From the NCBI GenBank assembly GCA_963666215.2, contig CAXWPL010000005.1:960001-1024000 (forward strand): a stretch of DNA of 64,000 nucleotides, in the 5' to 3' direction. The notes beneath the pieces are model-generated. The model did not search any database, had not been told where the DNA came from, and was given only the letters and a program-made list of their open reading frames with translations. Every line of letters begins with the position of its first letter. Position 1 is the stretch's first letter. A program made the position numbers and the translations under genes. The DNA is from Acidobacteriota bacterium. GTDB lineage: Bacteria > Acidobacteriota > UBA890 > WLXD01. Positions 39,421 through 49,289 of the stretch are shown here, piece by piece.

Positions 39421-40443
39421 TCAGAGGTCCCGGGCCGACTCGAGAGCTCGTAGGTCACCATCGAGCCAGTCGGCCACGATCTCGTACGCCGGAGCCTGGC
39501 GCCCCGTGCGTACGTCGCGCATGGCGTGTCCAACTCCCGGCAGCAGCTCGTAGTGGAACGGTTTCCCGGCGCCGATCAGCTGCTCGAGAATGGCCACTGT
39601 TTCCGGGATCGGGATGCTGCGGTCGGCATCGCCGAGCACCCAGAGCGCCGGGATCGCGAGCCCGTTCAAGACGGCTTGCGGATCGAAGCCGCGCGGCCCG
39701 TCGAAGTCGGACAGCTGTTCGGAGAGCTCCGCGTCGCTCATGGCGAGATCGATGCCCTCGCGCTCCCCCGTCAGCTCGCTGTAGAAGATCTCCTCACCCA
39801 CCGACACCGTCGTCCCCGAGACGATCGCCACGAAGGCAACGTTCGACGAGTCGGCAGCAGCCAGCGGAGCAATCCAGCCGCCCTGACTGATTCCCAACAC
39901 GCCGATGCGGTCGGGGTCAATGTCGCCACGAGCTCCGAGCACCCGCACGCCCGCCACCACGTCGGCGGCAAGCTGCGCGAAAACGGCGTCGCCGTTGATC
40001 GGACCGACTCCGGTGTACACACCTGTGGACTCGCCAACACCTCGCTTGTCGTAGGTCAGCAGCGCGTATCCACGCGCCACTACGCGTGCAGCTAACCACT
40101 CGTAATCGAAACGAGTGGCACGACCCGACCCGTGCGCAATCACCAAGGCGGCGTGGGGACCAGGCCCGGGAGGCAGCATGAGTCGACCGGCGAGCATCAC
40201 CTCACCGCTGTCGTACCGAAGCTCCTCGGCGAGGTAGGGCCCGTCGAAGAACGCCGTCGGGGCAGGCTGTGTTGCGGGGTCCTCGGCCCAGAAGTAGAGG
40301 AATATGACCGGCAGCGAACCCACTGCCAACGCGACCAGAGTGATGATCGCACCCGCCTTGAGCAACGGGGCGGCACGACGTAGCTGGCGCAGGAGCGGTG
40401 ACGACGACTGCTCGCGCACGTGATCCATCTTGGGACGATCCAT
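39421..40443 (-). CDS. Alpha/beta-fold hydrolase, membrane-anchored
   Basis: HGSG, YDKRGVGES, GISQGG nucleophile elbow, GDAD and GVGH motifs; start trimmed to avoid overlap with the TrpF-like gene. Confidence 0.85.
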   Translation of the reverse strand: MDRPKMDHVREQSSSPLLRQLRRAAPLLKAGAIITLVALAVGSLPVIFLYFWAEDPATQPAPTAFFDGPYLAEELRYDSGEVMLAGRLMLPPGPGPHAALVIAHGSGRATRFDYEWLAARVVARGYALLTYDKRGVGESTGVYTGVGPINGDAVFAQLAADVVAGVRVLGARGDIDPDRIGVLGISQGGWIAPLAAADSSNVAFVAIVSGTTVSVGEEIFYSELTGEREGIDLAMSDAELSEQLSDFDGPRGFDPQAVLNGLAIPALWVLGDADRSIPIPETVAILEQLIGAGKPFHYELLPGVGHAMRDVRTGRQAPAYEIVADWLDGDLRALESARDL

Positions 40444-40499
40444 CAAGCCTCCAGACAACCGACCCGTAGGGAGATCACGCCTCGGGATTGGCCGCGCGC

Positions 40500-41258
40500 T
40501 CAGGGGGAGGAGCGACTGGATCCTACCTCGACCTTGCGGACCGACGCCATGAAGGCCCCAAGCTTGGCCCGATCGAGCTCGTCGTTCGTTCGCACGCCGC
40601 TGCACAGGTCGAGGGCGAACGGGCCCACCGCCTCGATAGCATCTCCGACATTGGCGACCGTAAGCCCGCCGGCGAGGAACACCGGCACGTCGACCTGCTC
40701 GCGGATCGTGCGACTGACAGACCAGTCGTGAACACGCCCCGTGCCGCCGAGCTCCTTGACGGCGAGCGTCGGATTGCCGGAATCCAGCAGGATGGCATCG
40801 ACCCGCGGCGACACCTCCAGGGCCTCGTGAAGCGAGCCCGCGCCCATCACGTGGATCACCTGTACAAGACCGATGCCGGGCATGCGCTTGCGCAGCTGTT
40901 CGTGCACGCAAGGATCGACGCCGGCAACGAGCTGCACCGTGCTGGTGCCGCAGCGCCGCTGCTGATCGACGATCTCGTCTGCCGTCACCGCGGAGGTGAG
41001 AAGGAACGTGGCAATCGGTGGCGGCACGCCACGCGCGACCTCGGCGATGGCCGGCTCGTCGATGACTCCTGGACCGGTCGGCATCGCCGCACCCAGCCCC
41101 AACGCGGAGGCTCCTTCCGCGATTGCGGCGCGCGCCTCATCGAGTGTCTTGATGCAGCAGATCGTCACACGTGGCACCCGCGGCGCACGGCCGGAAGCCA
41201 ACCGCTTCAAAGCTCGCGCTTCACGTTCGAGCTCATTCCGACGGTTCGAGCTCACCAC
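40500..41258 (-). CDS. trpF: Phosphoribosylanthranilate isomerase-like protein (stand-alone TrpF homolog)
   Basis: V.ICCI, LLDSG, GGTGRVHDW, FLAGGL..ANV and LDLCSGV motifs; true start probably near 41180; no other trp genes nearby. Confidence 0.8.
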   Translation of the reverse strand: MVSSNRRNELEREARALKRLASGRAPRVPRVTICCIKTLDEARAAIAEGASALGLGAAMPTGPGVIDEPAIAEVARGVPPPIATFLLTSAVTADEIVDQQRRCGTSTVQLVAGVDPCVHEQLRKRMPGIGLVQVIHVMGAGSLHEALEVSPRVDAILLDSGNPTLAVKELGGTGRVHDWSVSRTIREQVDVPVFLAGGLTVANVGDAIEAVGPFALDLCSGVRTNDELDRAKLGAFMASVRKVEVGSSRSSP

Positions 41259-41691
41259 CGCGCCGCGGGCGCCAGTGCGGCAATCCGTCGCCTACGCGCA
41301 TCCAGGACAGCTGTCGCGAGGCCCAAACGTGATCCCGCGGTGTCACCAGCTCGGGTTGGTCGAGGCTCGCGGCGGTGATATCCAGCCCCGGCTCGCCTCG
41401 TCGCCGGTAGGTGCGTGCGGTCCCACAATCACCGCAGAAAGTCCGCAGGGTAGCGTCCGAGGTCTCCGACGGGCGCTCGATCTCTTTGGGGGAGCCGAGC
41501 GTCCACTCGAATTCCGAACGATTCACCTCGACCCAAGTCAACATGGGCGCGCCGCTCGAAAGGCGACAGTGGAGACAGTGGCAGTGGACGGCCGATTTCG
41601 TGTGGCTTCGCGCCTGGTAGCGAACGGCGCCACAAAAACAACCGCCTTCGAGTTGCAGTCCTGCTTCGTCAGCTGACCCCATCTTCTTCAC
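41233..41691 (-). CDS. GFA/CENP-V family protein
   Basis: GGCFCGAVRY, CHCLHCR and RTFCGDCGT motifs. Confidence 0.9.
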   Translation of the reverse strand: MKKMGSADEAGLQLEGGCFCGAVRYQARSHTKSAVHCHCLHCRLSSGAPMLTWVEVNRSEFEWTLGSPKEIERPSETSDATLRTFCGDCGTARTYRRRGEPGLDITAASLDQPELVTPRDHVWASRQLSWMRVGDGLPHWRPRRGGELEPSE

Positions 41692-41824
41692 TCCCCTCTG
41701 GCAGCCGGCAGCCGTCTGCCACGATCATCGTCCGCGAGCGGCGAACGACGGCGCCCATGAAGATAGCCTGAGCCATCCGATGCGCCTAGCAGCGCGAGTT
41801 GTCGCGTAGGGACAAGGGGCTAGT

Positions 41825-41911
41825 GCGGCGCAGCGGCCGAGCGGCAGGCGGCGCAGCAACCGGGCGGCGGAGCAGCCGAGCGGCGGAGCAGCCGAGCGGC
41901 GGCGCGGCGGA
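41825..41911. repeat. Imperfect 16-bp tandem array (GCGGCGGAGCAGCCGA-like), about 5 copies
   Basis: Units begin at 41825, 41848, 41864, 41880 and 41896; the units at 41864 and 41880 are identical. Confidence 0.75.
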
Positions 41912-41917
41912 GTGCTG

Positions 41918-42943
41918 CTACATCACGAGGGCGGGAGGCGCCACAGGGCCGGCGATGCGGGCCGGGTCGAAGAAGCCCTCCGCGATCCAGTGCCCTGCGA
42001 CCTCACTATCGCAGCCGGCGTCGCGCCAGGCGGCGGCCGCAAGGCCGTCCATGAACCGCAGCAGCCAGGGCCGCGCGTCCTCGGGCGAGAACCCTCGCCA
42101 CAAGTAATCGCCTGCGATGAGAGGATCGCAGGCGCCCACCGATATCCACCGCAGCGCCCGCTCGGGTGGGATTCCGGCTAGGAACCATTGGCCGGCGGCG
42201 TGGGGCTGGAAGCCGTGGGCAGTCCAGAGCTCCTCATCGCCATCGGGAATGCCAGCGTCGGCGTAGTCGAACGCGCCCGTGTACAGGCTGAAGGTCCGTG
42301 CCACGTCAACAACCGCACGGCCGAACTCGGCAGGCAGCAGCAGCGTCCGATCGAGGATCTCGGTCGCGGTGGGTGCGTCGATGTCGTCACCGAGATCCTC
42401 GACGATGGCAAAGCAGGACTCTGCACGCCGTACTCGGCCACATGCCTCGATCAGCTGGCGCTGTAGGCTAGGCTCGCGATTCTCCTGGCCGAACACCTCG
42501 TGACGGGCGATCTCGCCCTCGATGAGATGCCGTTCGACGTACGCGGCCTCACAAAGTGAGGCAACGCGGATCTGAAGCGCGACAGGGTCGTCGAGCAGCG
42601 ACTCGACCGATGTGTGCGGACTGAGCTCCCCGACGAGTGCGCGCAGCCGATGCGCCACGACGTCGAGCAGACGCCAAGCCTTAGAGCCCTCGGCGGTAAG
42701 AACCGGGCGATCGTCGCAGCTGAACAGCGGCTTCTGCTGCTCGAACTCTCGCCACCACCCGGCTATGGCCTCGAGCGCCAGACCCGTCTTGGCAAGGTTG
42801 TCCTGCTGGTGTTCCGATCGCGAAAGCTGCCCGAAGACGGTCTCGAACGCATGCACGCCCTGAAAAGAGGCTGAAAGCCGGTTAATGAAGGCGTGCGAGA
42901 CCTTCAAATCATCTCGCAGCTCCCTGCTCAGCTGTGCACGCAT
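41918..42943 (-). CDS. Hypothetical protein with C-terminal 13-aa W-x3-G repeats (paralog of 15807-16802)
   Basis: 341-aa ORF with AGGA before the ATG; DLKVSHAFIN, WWREF..QKPLF, LCE and SLYTGAFDYADAG are shared with the first copy. Confidence 0.82.
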   Translation of the reverse strand: MRAQLSRELRDDLKVSHAFINRLSASFQGVHAFETVFGQLSRSEHQQDNLAKTGLALEAIAGWWREFEQQKPLFSCDDRPVLTAEGSKAWRLLDVVAHRLRALVGELSPHTSVESLLDDPVALQIRVASLCEAAYVERHLIEGEIARHEVFGQENREPSLQRQLIEACGRVRRAESCFAIVEDLGDDIDAPTATEILDRTLLLPAEFGRAVVDVARTFSLYTGAFDYADAGIPDGDEELWTAHGFQPHAAGQWFLAGIPPERALRWISVGACDPLIAGDYLWRGFSPEDARPWLLRFMDGLAAAAWRDAGCDSEVAGHWIAEGFFDPARIAGPVAPPALVM

Positions 42944-42967
42944 GTCCTGACCTGATCCAATGGGATC

Positions 42968-43040
42968 GATTAGAATTTAATATCAATGATTGTCAAAGCA
43001 TCTTATTGACTCCAAAAACACATACAAAGCCAAAATAGAC
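42968..43040 (-). promoter_or_regulatory. AT-rich upstream region with a putative sigma70-like promoter (TTGACA-N16-TCTAAT)
   Basis: Perfect TTGACA on the minus strand at 42991-42996; TCAAT/ATTGA inverted arms at 42983-42987 and 43005-43009 flank it; the -10 match is imperfect. Confidence 0.5.
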
Positions 43041-43083
43041 CACGCCGTCGGTTACCCCCGATCGCCCACCTGGGAACGTCCCG

Positions 43084-43671
43084 CTAGCCGAGGCGCGGAA
43101 AGAACCGCGGCACGCGTTCGCTGTACTCGGCGTAGGCCTGGCCGAAGCGGTCACGCAGCTCGCGTTCCTCAGCGACCAGCAGCAGATAGCCGAACGGCAC
43201 ACACAGCGCCAAGAGCACGTACAGCGCCAGGTAGTTGCAGAACAACGACAGCGCGCCCAACCCAATCAGCACGCCGAGGTAGCGCGGATGTCGCACGCGC
43301 CCGTAGATGCCCTTGTCCAACAGGACAGGTTGCTGGCGGTCGGGCGCGATCTCGGGAAGCCCAACCAGGATCTTCAGCTCGAGGTGACGGCGGGCCTCCA
43401 CCTCGATGTACGCCGACGTGGCGTACAGGACGACTGCCGGACCCCACAGCCAACGGTTGGTGCCGTATTCGGCGGCCATGAGCCAGGCGCGTTGGGTGAA
43501 AACGAGGTAGCCGATCACCACCATCTGCCCGAAGGCCACCGTGTACGTAATCAACGGCCCGACCCGACGCCAGGTGCTGGCAAACGGATGCACGACGAAC
43601 CAGAAGACCAGCGCCGGAACACAGGTCACAACCAGGACCAGCGCCAAGTAATAACGACCGGTGTCGAGCAT
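43084..43671 (-). CDS. Isoprenylcysteine carboxyl methyltransferase / PEMT-family membrane protein
   Basis: TM helices; GIYGRVRHPRY and EERELRDRFGQAY.EY..RVPRF motifs. Confidence 0.88.
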   Translation of the reverse strand: MLDTGRYYLALVLVVTCVPALVFWFVVHPFASTWRRVGPLITYTVAFGQMVVIGYLVFTQRAWLMAAEYGTNRWLWGPAVVLYATSAYIEVEARRHLELKILVGLPEIAPDRQQPVLLDKGIYGRVRHPRYLGVLIGLGALSLFCNYLALYVLLALCVPFGYLLLVAEERELRDRFGQAYAEYSERVPRFFPRLG

Positions 43672-43763
43672 CGCATCGCTCCGATGTGGTCTTAGGCTGC
43701 GCGGAGGCTACACGCTGGGTGTGGAGCTCGCCACCGCTCGCCCGAGCCGGAACCCAGGCGGTG

Positions 43764-44435
43764 CTAGCTCCACCGCGAAAGCACCTCGGGAAGCTCGGCA
43801 AGCGACCGCAACACGCGGTCGGCACGACGCAGCCTCGAATCACCGAGCAGCGAGACATCGGGCACGACAACGCATCTCATGCCGGCTGCCAGGGCCGAGT
43901 CCATTCCGGCGATCGAGTCCTCGATCGCGAGACATTCCGTTGCTTCGACCTGCAGGATTCGGGCGGCCGAAAGGTAGACATCGGGATGGGGCTTGCCGCG
44001 CGCTTCGAGCTCGGCGGAACAGACCGCGTCGAAGGCGTCGTCCAGGCCAAGCCGGTGCAAGGTGGCGTTGATGAGCCGCAGAGGCGACGAAGACGCCAGC
44101 GCGACCCCCGACACGCACCGCCGAGCACAATCGACGGACTCGAGCGCGCCTGCAATCGGCTCACCGCGCTCGCTGACGATGGCGACCACGCGATCGAGGA
44201 TGTTCTCCACCAGGGCCGCCGCGGGAAAGACGTCGGTGTTCCACGGCCGCGCCGCCAACCAGTGCGCCACCACGGAGTCGACTCTCATGCCCATCGTTGT
44301 CGTACAGTCGGCCCGAGTCAGCTCAACGCCAACACTGTCGAACGCAGCGATCTCCGCTTCCTGCCAGAACGGCTCCGAGTCGACGAGCACGCCGTCCATG
44401 TCGAAGATGACGGCGGCTAGCGCCGCCTTGCTCAC
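43764..44435 (-). CDS. HAD-superfamily phosphatase, HxpB/YniC-like
   Basis: [27 protein letters not shown] and IEDS motifs. Confidence 0.88.
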   Translation of the reverse strand: MSKAALAAVIFDMDGVLVDSEPFWQEAEIAAFDSVGVELTRADCTTTMGMRVDSVVAHWLAARPWNTDVFPAAALVENILDRVVAIVSERGEPIAGALESVDCARRCVSGVALASSSPLRLINATLHRLGLDDAFDAVCSAELEARGKPHPDVYLSAARILQVEATECLAIEDSIAGMDSALAAGMRCVVVPDVSLLGDSRLRRADRVLRSLAELPEVLSRWS

Positions 44436-44902
44436 CGAACTGCTGTGTCCGAGCTGTCGGCGGCTCCGTCTGTATCCTCATCGGCCTCGCGCTGCTCGAG
44501 CTGCAACGAAGCGGAGTTGATGCAGTAACGCTGGCCGCCAGGCTGTGGCCCGTCGGGAAACACGTGGCCGAGGTGTGAGTCGCAGCTGCCGCAGAGCACC
44601 TCCACCCGGCGCATGCCGTGGCTGGTGTCCTCGCGGGTTACGACGTTGGTCTCGTCGATGGCTTCGTAGAAGCTCGGCCAGCCGCTCCCCGAGTCGTACT
44701 TGGTGTCGGAGGAGAACAACTCCGCGTCGCAACACACGCAGCGATACAAGCCCGGGGTCTTGCAGTCGTGATAGGCGTTGTCGAACGGCGCCTCGGTGCC
44801 GCCGCATCGTGCTACGCGGTACTGCTCTGCATCGAGCTGCGCGCGCCACTCTTCGTCCGACTTCTGTGTTGTCTCTGCGTCGGTAGCCGGGTCCATTGTC
44901 AT
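44432..44902 (-). CDS. msrB: Peptide-methionine (R)-S-oxide reductase
   Basis: [31 protein letters not shown] and RYCINS motifs; AGGAGG RBS. Confidence 0.95.
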   Translation of the reverse strand: MTMDPATDAETTQKSDEEWRAQLDAEQYRVARCGGTEAPFDNAYHDCKTPGLYRCVCCDAELFSSDTKYDSGSGWPSFYEAIDETNVVTREDTSHGMRRVEVLCGSCDSHLGHVFPDGPQPGGQRYCINSASLQLEQREADEDTDGAADSSDTAVR

Positions 44903-45251
44903 CGGGTTCCTCCTCGCATGTTCACTCGAGCGACCCTCGAGCTCAGCCGCCTGATCGATCGCGAACAGCAACGAGCCGGGCCGCTCGGCCGGTCTGGCAA
45001 AAGCGTAGCCGAGGTCCGACAGTCACGTCCGCCACGCCTCATCGGCGACGAAATCGAGCTCGGCGTTGTGGCGAGGAAAACGGTAGGACAACATTCCCCT
45101 CAGCGCGGGCTCGTTTTCGAGATTCCCCGCGCGACACTCAGGTTCCGCCGGGGTGCACCCAGACAGCCGGACAATCGACGCGGTCGCCCGGGTGGCGGCC
45201 GGCAACAATCGGCACCCTAGCGATGGCGTCACGAACCCAAGGAGACAACCC

Positions 45252-47081
45252 ATGCGAACCCTGCGGCGCACGCTGCTCACCACGACCACACTTCTGGCAC
45301 TGGCGATGACGGTGCGCATCGATCCATCGGAGACATGGGGGACCCCGGACGAACCCATCCTCTCGGGGCAACAAGAGGCGTCGGAGCCCGGACCTGCCGC
45401 CGGCTACGACCGGCCGGCTCGGAGCACGAAGGGCAGCCGCTCGGAGATGATCGCACCTCAGGCGATGGTGGCAGCCAGCCAACCGCTCGCCGCGCAGGTC
45501 GGCATCGACATCCTGAAGGCCGGCGGCAACGCCATCGATGCCGCGGTCGCGGTCAACGCGATGCTCGGTTTGGTGGAACCGCATATGAACGGCATCGGTG
45601 GCGATCTGTTCGCGTTGGTGTGGAACGCCGATGAGGGCAAGCTCCATGCCCTCAACGGCACCGGACGCTCGCCGCACGCCATCAATGCCGAGGTCTTCCA
45701 TGAGCGCGACCTCGATCGGGTCCCGAGCAGCGGGCCGCTGAGTTGGACCGTGCCCGGCGCCGTCGATGCCTGGGCCGAGCTTCTGGAACGCCACGGCACG
45801 ATGTCATTGGCGCAGGTGCTCGCGCCCTCGATCCACTACGCACGCAACGGCTTCCCCGTTAGCGAGATCATCGCGGGGCAGTGGCAGGAGGCCGCCGACG
45901 GACTGGCTGAATGGCCCGACTCGGCCAGCACCTATCTTCCAGGTGGTCGCGCGCCGACGAAGGGCGAGCTCTTCCGCAACCCGAACCTGGCGCGCGCCTA
46001 CGAGATGATCGGATCCGAGGGACGGGATGTCTTCTATCGCGGCCCGATCGCCGAGCGCATCGTCGCGTTCAGTCGCGCCAACGACGGATATTTCTCCGTA
46101 CAAGACTTCGCCGAGCACACGTCGACGTGGGTCGAACCGGTGAGCACGAGCTACCGCGGACACGACGTCTGGCAACTACCGCCCAACAGCCACGGGATCA
46201 CAGCGCTCCTGATGCTGAACCTGCTGGAGGGCTACGACCTCGAGAGCCTGGGCCGGAACAGCGCCGAGTCCTTGCACCTGATGGTGGAGGCCAAGAAGCT
46301 CGCCTTCGCCGACCGCAGCTTCTACGTCTCCGACCCGGAGTTCAGCAGGCTACCCATTGCAGAGCTCATCTCCAAACCGTACGCCGTGGCTCGCAGGAAC
46401 CTCATCGACATGGCCCACGCCGCGATGTCGGTGGCTCCCGGCGACCCGGCCGCGTTCACCTCGGGCGCCGCCCCTGCCTCTGCCGGCACTCACGAGCCGC
46501 GCGTCGACCTGCTCGAACACGGCGACACCGTCTACCTGACCGTTGTCGACAAGGACCGCAACGCCGTCTCGCTGATCCAGAGCATCTTCAGCGCCTTCGG
46601 GTCGAAGGTCGTCCCCGGTGACCTCGGCTTCGCCCTTCAGAACCGCGGCACCGGCTTCTCGCTCGAGGTCGGACACCTGAACATGCTCGAGCCCAACAAG
46701 CGCTCGCTGCACACCAACATGCCCGGCATGGTTACCCGCGACGGCGTCCCCTATCTCGTCTACGGCGTCATGGGCGGAAACATGCAGCCGCAGGGTCATA
46801 CGCAAGTACTGGCCAATATCATCGACTTCGGCCTGGGCATTCAGGAGGCGGGTGACGCCGCGCGCTTCCGCCACGTCGGTGGCGACAACGGCGGCACCGT
46901 GCTGCTCGAGTCCGGCGTCTCCGACGAAGTCGTCGCCGCGCTCGAAGCCCTGGGCCACACCGTCGAGCGTGCCGGCGGCGGCGCCATGGGCGGCTACCAG
47001 GCGATCTGGATCAACCCCGCCACCGGAATGCTCCACGGCGGCACCGACCCACGAAAAGACGGCGTGGCGCTGGGGTACTAG
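45252..47081 (+). CDS. ggt: Gamma-glutamyltransferase
   Basis: GGNAIDAA, GIGGD, TVPG, PPNSHG, catalytic TVYLTVVD, GVMGG.MQPQG and DPRKDG motifs. Confidence 0.92.
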   Translation: MRTLRRTLLTTTTLLALAMTVRIDPSETWGTPDEPILSGQQEASEPGPAAGYDRPARSTKGSRSEMIAPQAMVAASQPLAAQVGIDILKAGGNAIDAAVAVNAMLGLVEPHMNGIGGDLFALVWNADEGKLHALNGTGRSPHAINAEVFHERDLDRVPSSGPLSWTVPGAVDAWAELLERHGTMSLAQVLAPSIHYARNGFPVSEIIAGQWQEAADGLAEWPDSASTYLPGGRAPTKGELFRNPNLARAYEMIGSEGRDVFYRGPIAERIVAFSRANDGYFSVQDFAEHTSTWVEPVSTSYRGHDVWQLPPNSHGITALLMLNLLEGYDLESLGRNSAESLHLMVEAKKLAFADRSFYVSDPEFSRLPIAELISKPYAVARRNLIDMAHAAMSVAPGDPAAFTSGAAPASAGTHEPRVDLLEHGDTVYLTVVDKDRNAVSLIQSIFSAFGSKVVPGDLGFALQNRGTGFSLEVGHLNMLEPNKRSLHTNMPGMVTRDGVPYLVYGVMGGNMQPQGHTQVLANIIDFGLGIQEAGDAARFRHVGGDNGGTVLLESGVSDEVVAALEALGHTVERAGGGAMGGYQAIWINPATGMLHGGTDPRKDGVALGY

Positions 47082-47141
47082 CCGGCTGGCCGCCCATCCG
47101 GCACAACTCGACGAGATCCGTCGCGCCCAGGCACTGGCCCA

Positions 47142-47760
47142 ATGTCCGCAGCTGCAGCGACCGCAGAGACGCACGTGAACCCGCCGATCCGGCGGTGCCA
47201 GTGGGTGTCGAATGGCGACGCGATCGACGTCGATTATCACGACCGTGAGTGGGGCGTACCGGTTCGCAACGATCGTCTGCTGTTCGAGTTCCTGACGCTC
47301 GAGGGCGCCCAAGCCGGATTGAGCTGGGCAACGATCCTGCGCAAGCGCGAAGGCTATCGCCGAGCCTTCGCCAACTTCGACGTGGCGCGCGTGGCGCGGT
47401 TGAACTCTCGTTCCGTCGAACGCCTGATGAAAGACGCCTCGATCGTACGCAACCGGCTGAAAATCGAGTCGACCATCAGCAACGCGAAGGCTTTCCTCCG
47501 GCTGCGGGAACGGGAGGCGAGCTTCGCGGCCTACCTGTGGCGATTCGTCGACGACGCCCCCATCCAGCAACAGGTTCGCTCGTATGTCGGAGATGCCAGC
47601 CAAGACCGAGCTCTCCGACACCCTGAGCAAAGATCTCGAGAAACGCGGTTTTCGCTTCGTCGGCTCCACCATCTGCTACGCCTATATGCAAGCGGCCGGC
47701 CTGGTGAACGACCACACGGTGGATTGCTTCCGACACTCCGAGGTGGCCGCTCTCGGCTAG
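47142..47760 (+). pseudogene. tag: DNA-3-methyladenine glycosylase I with a +1 frameshift near 47568
   Basis: RCQW, YHDREWG, LEGAQAGLSW and IVRNRLKI in one frame; SKDLEKRGFRFVGSTICYAYMQAAGLVNDH..DC to TAG 47760 in another. Could be a read error. Confidence 0.8.
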
Positions 47761-47788
47761 CGTGCTCGCGTGCTCGCGTGCTCGCGTG
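47761..47788. repeat. (CGTGCTCG)3.5 short tandem repeat
   Basis: Immediately after the tag stop codon. Confidence 0.8.
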
Positions 47789-47868
47789 GCGGAACGGCAG
47801 CTCCGCCGCTGCCGCGAGCGGCTCCCAGCTCTGCTGGGCAGCGCCCCCCGACAGCTGGCCGCGGCAAT

Positions 47869-47960
47869 GTGGAGGGCCTGATTCTTGGTCGCCGACAAGA
47901 CGAGACCGACGCTAGTGGAGGGCTCGATTCCTGGCCGCCGACAAGACGAGCCCGACGCTA
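47869..47960. repeat. 46-bp tandem duplication (41/46 identical)
   Basis: Units 47869-47914 and 47915-47960; the second ends on the stop codon of the VWA gene. Confidence 0.85.
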
Positions 47961-49130
47961 GCGGTAGTAGCCGTCGCGCTTGACGAGCCGATAGCTCGGC
48001 CGCGTAGACCGCACCGAGATGGCGCGCCATTTCGGCGCCGTTTCCACGTCGTCGCGTGGTGGCTCGTAGCCCACCAAGTACGATGCCCGCAGCAGATTGA
48101 CCACGCCGTCGTAGGCAGCCAACAGCGCCTGCGGCGCCGTGCTGCGGACTACGGTGCCGCCGGTGTTATCGGCGAGGGCATCCAGGACCTTGCCCAGCCG
48201 CTCGTCGCGGTCGGCAGTTCCAAGCACAACTGGAAATATCGGAGTGCCCTCCAGGCGAGCCGCATCGAGCACCTCGTCGAAACGCGTCACGCTGTCTTCG
48301 TCGGCACCGTCGGTGAGCAACACCACCGCACGGCGCCGATGCAGCCGGCCGCTCTCGTCAACCGCCGCGCCGGCGGCACCGCACGAAACCGGAGCGCCCA
48401 CAGTGGTCGTTGGCAGCGAGCGCGTCGCATCGTTGACCTGCAATCGGAGCTCTGCGGCCGTGAGTCGAAGATCGGCCGGCAACTCGGCCGAGCCATCGCT
48501 CCCAGCGGCACCGCCCGCCTGCGCGTCGTCTCGAGGGGCTCGCGGCGGTCCTTCGCCCTCACTCGGATCTACACGGCCGGCCTCCAGATCGGCGGGTCGA
48601 GCTCCGCCGTGGATTGTCTGGATCGCCACCGCGAGCGCATCGTAGAGTGCCGTTCCGCCTTCCATCCGAATCGCGTCGATCCGCCGTCCGGTTTGCGGAT
48701 CGAGCGCCTTACCCCAATAGCCGGGTCCGACTTCCTCGTTGAAAGGCAACACATAAACGCAGTCGCGCACGCCCAGGCGGGTGATGAAGGTCTTGGCGGC
48801 GCGACGGGCGATCTTGGCCCAGTGGAACAGGCTGGTCGACGAGTCCATCACCAGGGCCACGTCGAGAGGCGCGTCGTCGGGAGCGAGAAAGAAGCTGATC
48901 TCCTGCCGGACGTCCTCTTCATAAACCCGAAAATCGCTGGCGGTGAGGTCGCGCACCGGGTTGCCGTCGGCATCGAGCACCGCGACGCTGTGCACCGCCA
49001 GGGCGACGTCGGAGCGGAACGAGGGAACTACCGCCTGCTGCGCACCACCCACCGAGCCGGTGCTCCCCACGACGACAAGAACGGCCATCGCCAGCCATCG
49101 CCGGATTCTCTCTGCCCACGCACTACGCAT
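47958..49130 (-). CDS. VWA-domain protein (Acidobacterial VWFA-related)
   Basis: PSFRSDV, MIDAS DSSTS, GGTALYDA, LLTDG.D and YLVGYEP motifs. Confidence 0.88.
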   Translation of the reverse strand: MRSAWAERIRRWLAMAVLVVVGSTGSVGGAQQAVVPSFRSDVALAVHSVAVLDADGNPVRDLTASDFRVYEEDVRQEISFFLAPDDAPLDVALVMDSSTSLFHWAKIARRAAKTFITRLGVRDCVYVLPFNEEVGPGYWGKALDPQTGRRIDAIRMEGGTALYDALAVAIQTIHGGARPADLEAGRVDPSEGEGPPRAPRDDAQAGGAAGSDGSAELPADLRLTAAELRLQVNDATRSLPTTTVGAPVSCGAAGAAVDESGRLHRRRAVVLLTDGADEDSVTRFDEVLDAARLEGTPIFPVVLGTADRDERLGKVLDALADNTGGTVVRSTAPQALLAAYDGVVNLLRASYLVGYEPPRDDVETAPKWRAISVRSTRPSYRLVKRDGYYR

Positions 49131-49289
49131 CCGAGTACGTTAGCGACTCGCCCTGCACTACCGCAACGCACTTTCGCGTGCACGACACGCGGCGAGCCGG
49201 CGCTAACGCGCGCCGCGTGCTCGGACCGTTTTGCGTAAAGGTTGCGATGGCGACGCCGAAACGGAACCTGGAACGGCCTCGGGTGCTGC

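Noticed and set aside
47869-47960. Repeats here, at 38018-38061 and at 41825-41911 as mini-CRISPR arrays
   Set aside because: The units abut with no unique spacers, and there are no cas genes in the window.
49186-49219. CACGCGGCG/CGCCGCGTG hairpin as an intrinsic terminator
   Set aside because: Long loop and no adjacent U-tract; a 9-bp GC stem can arise by chance at this composition.
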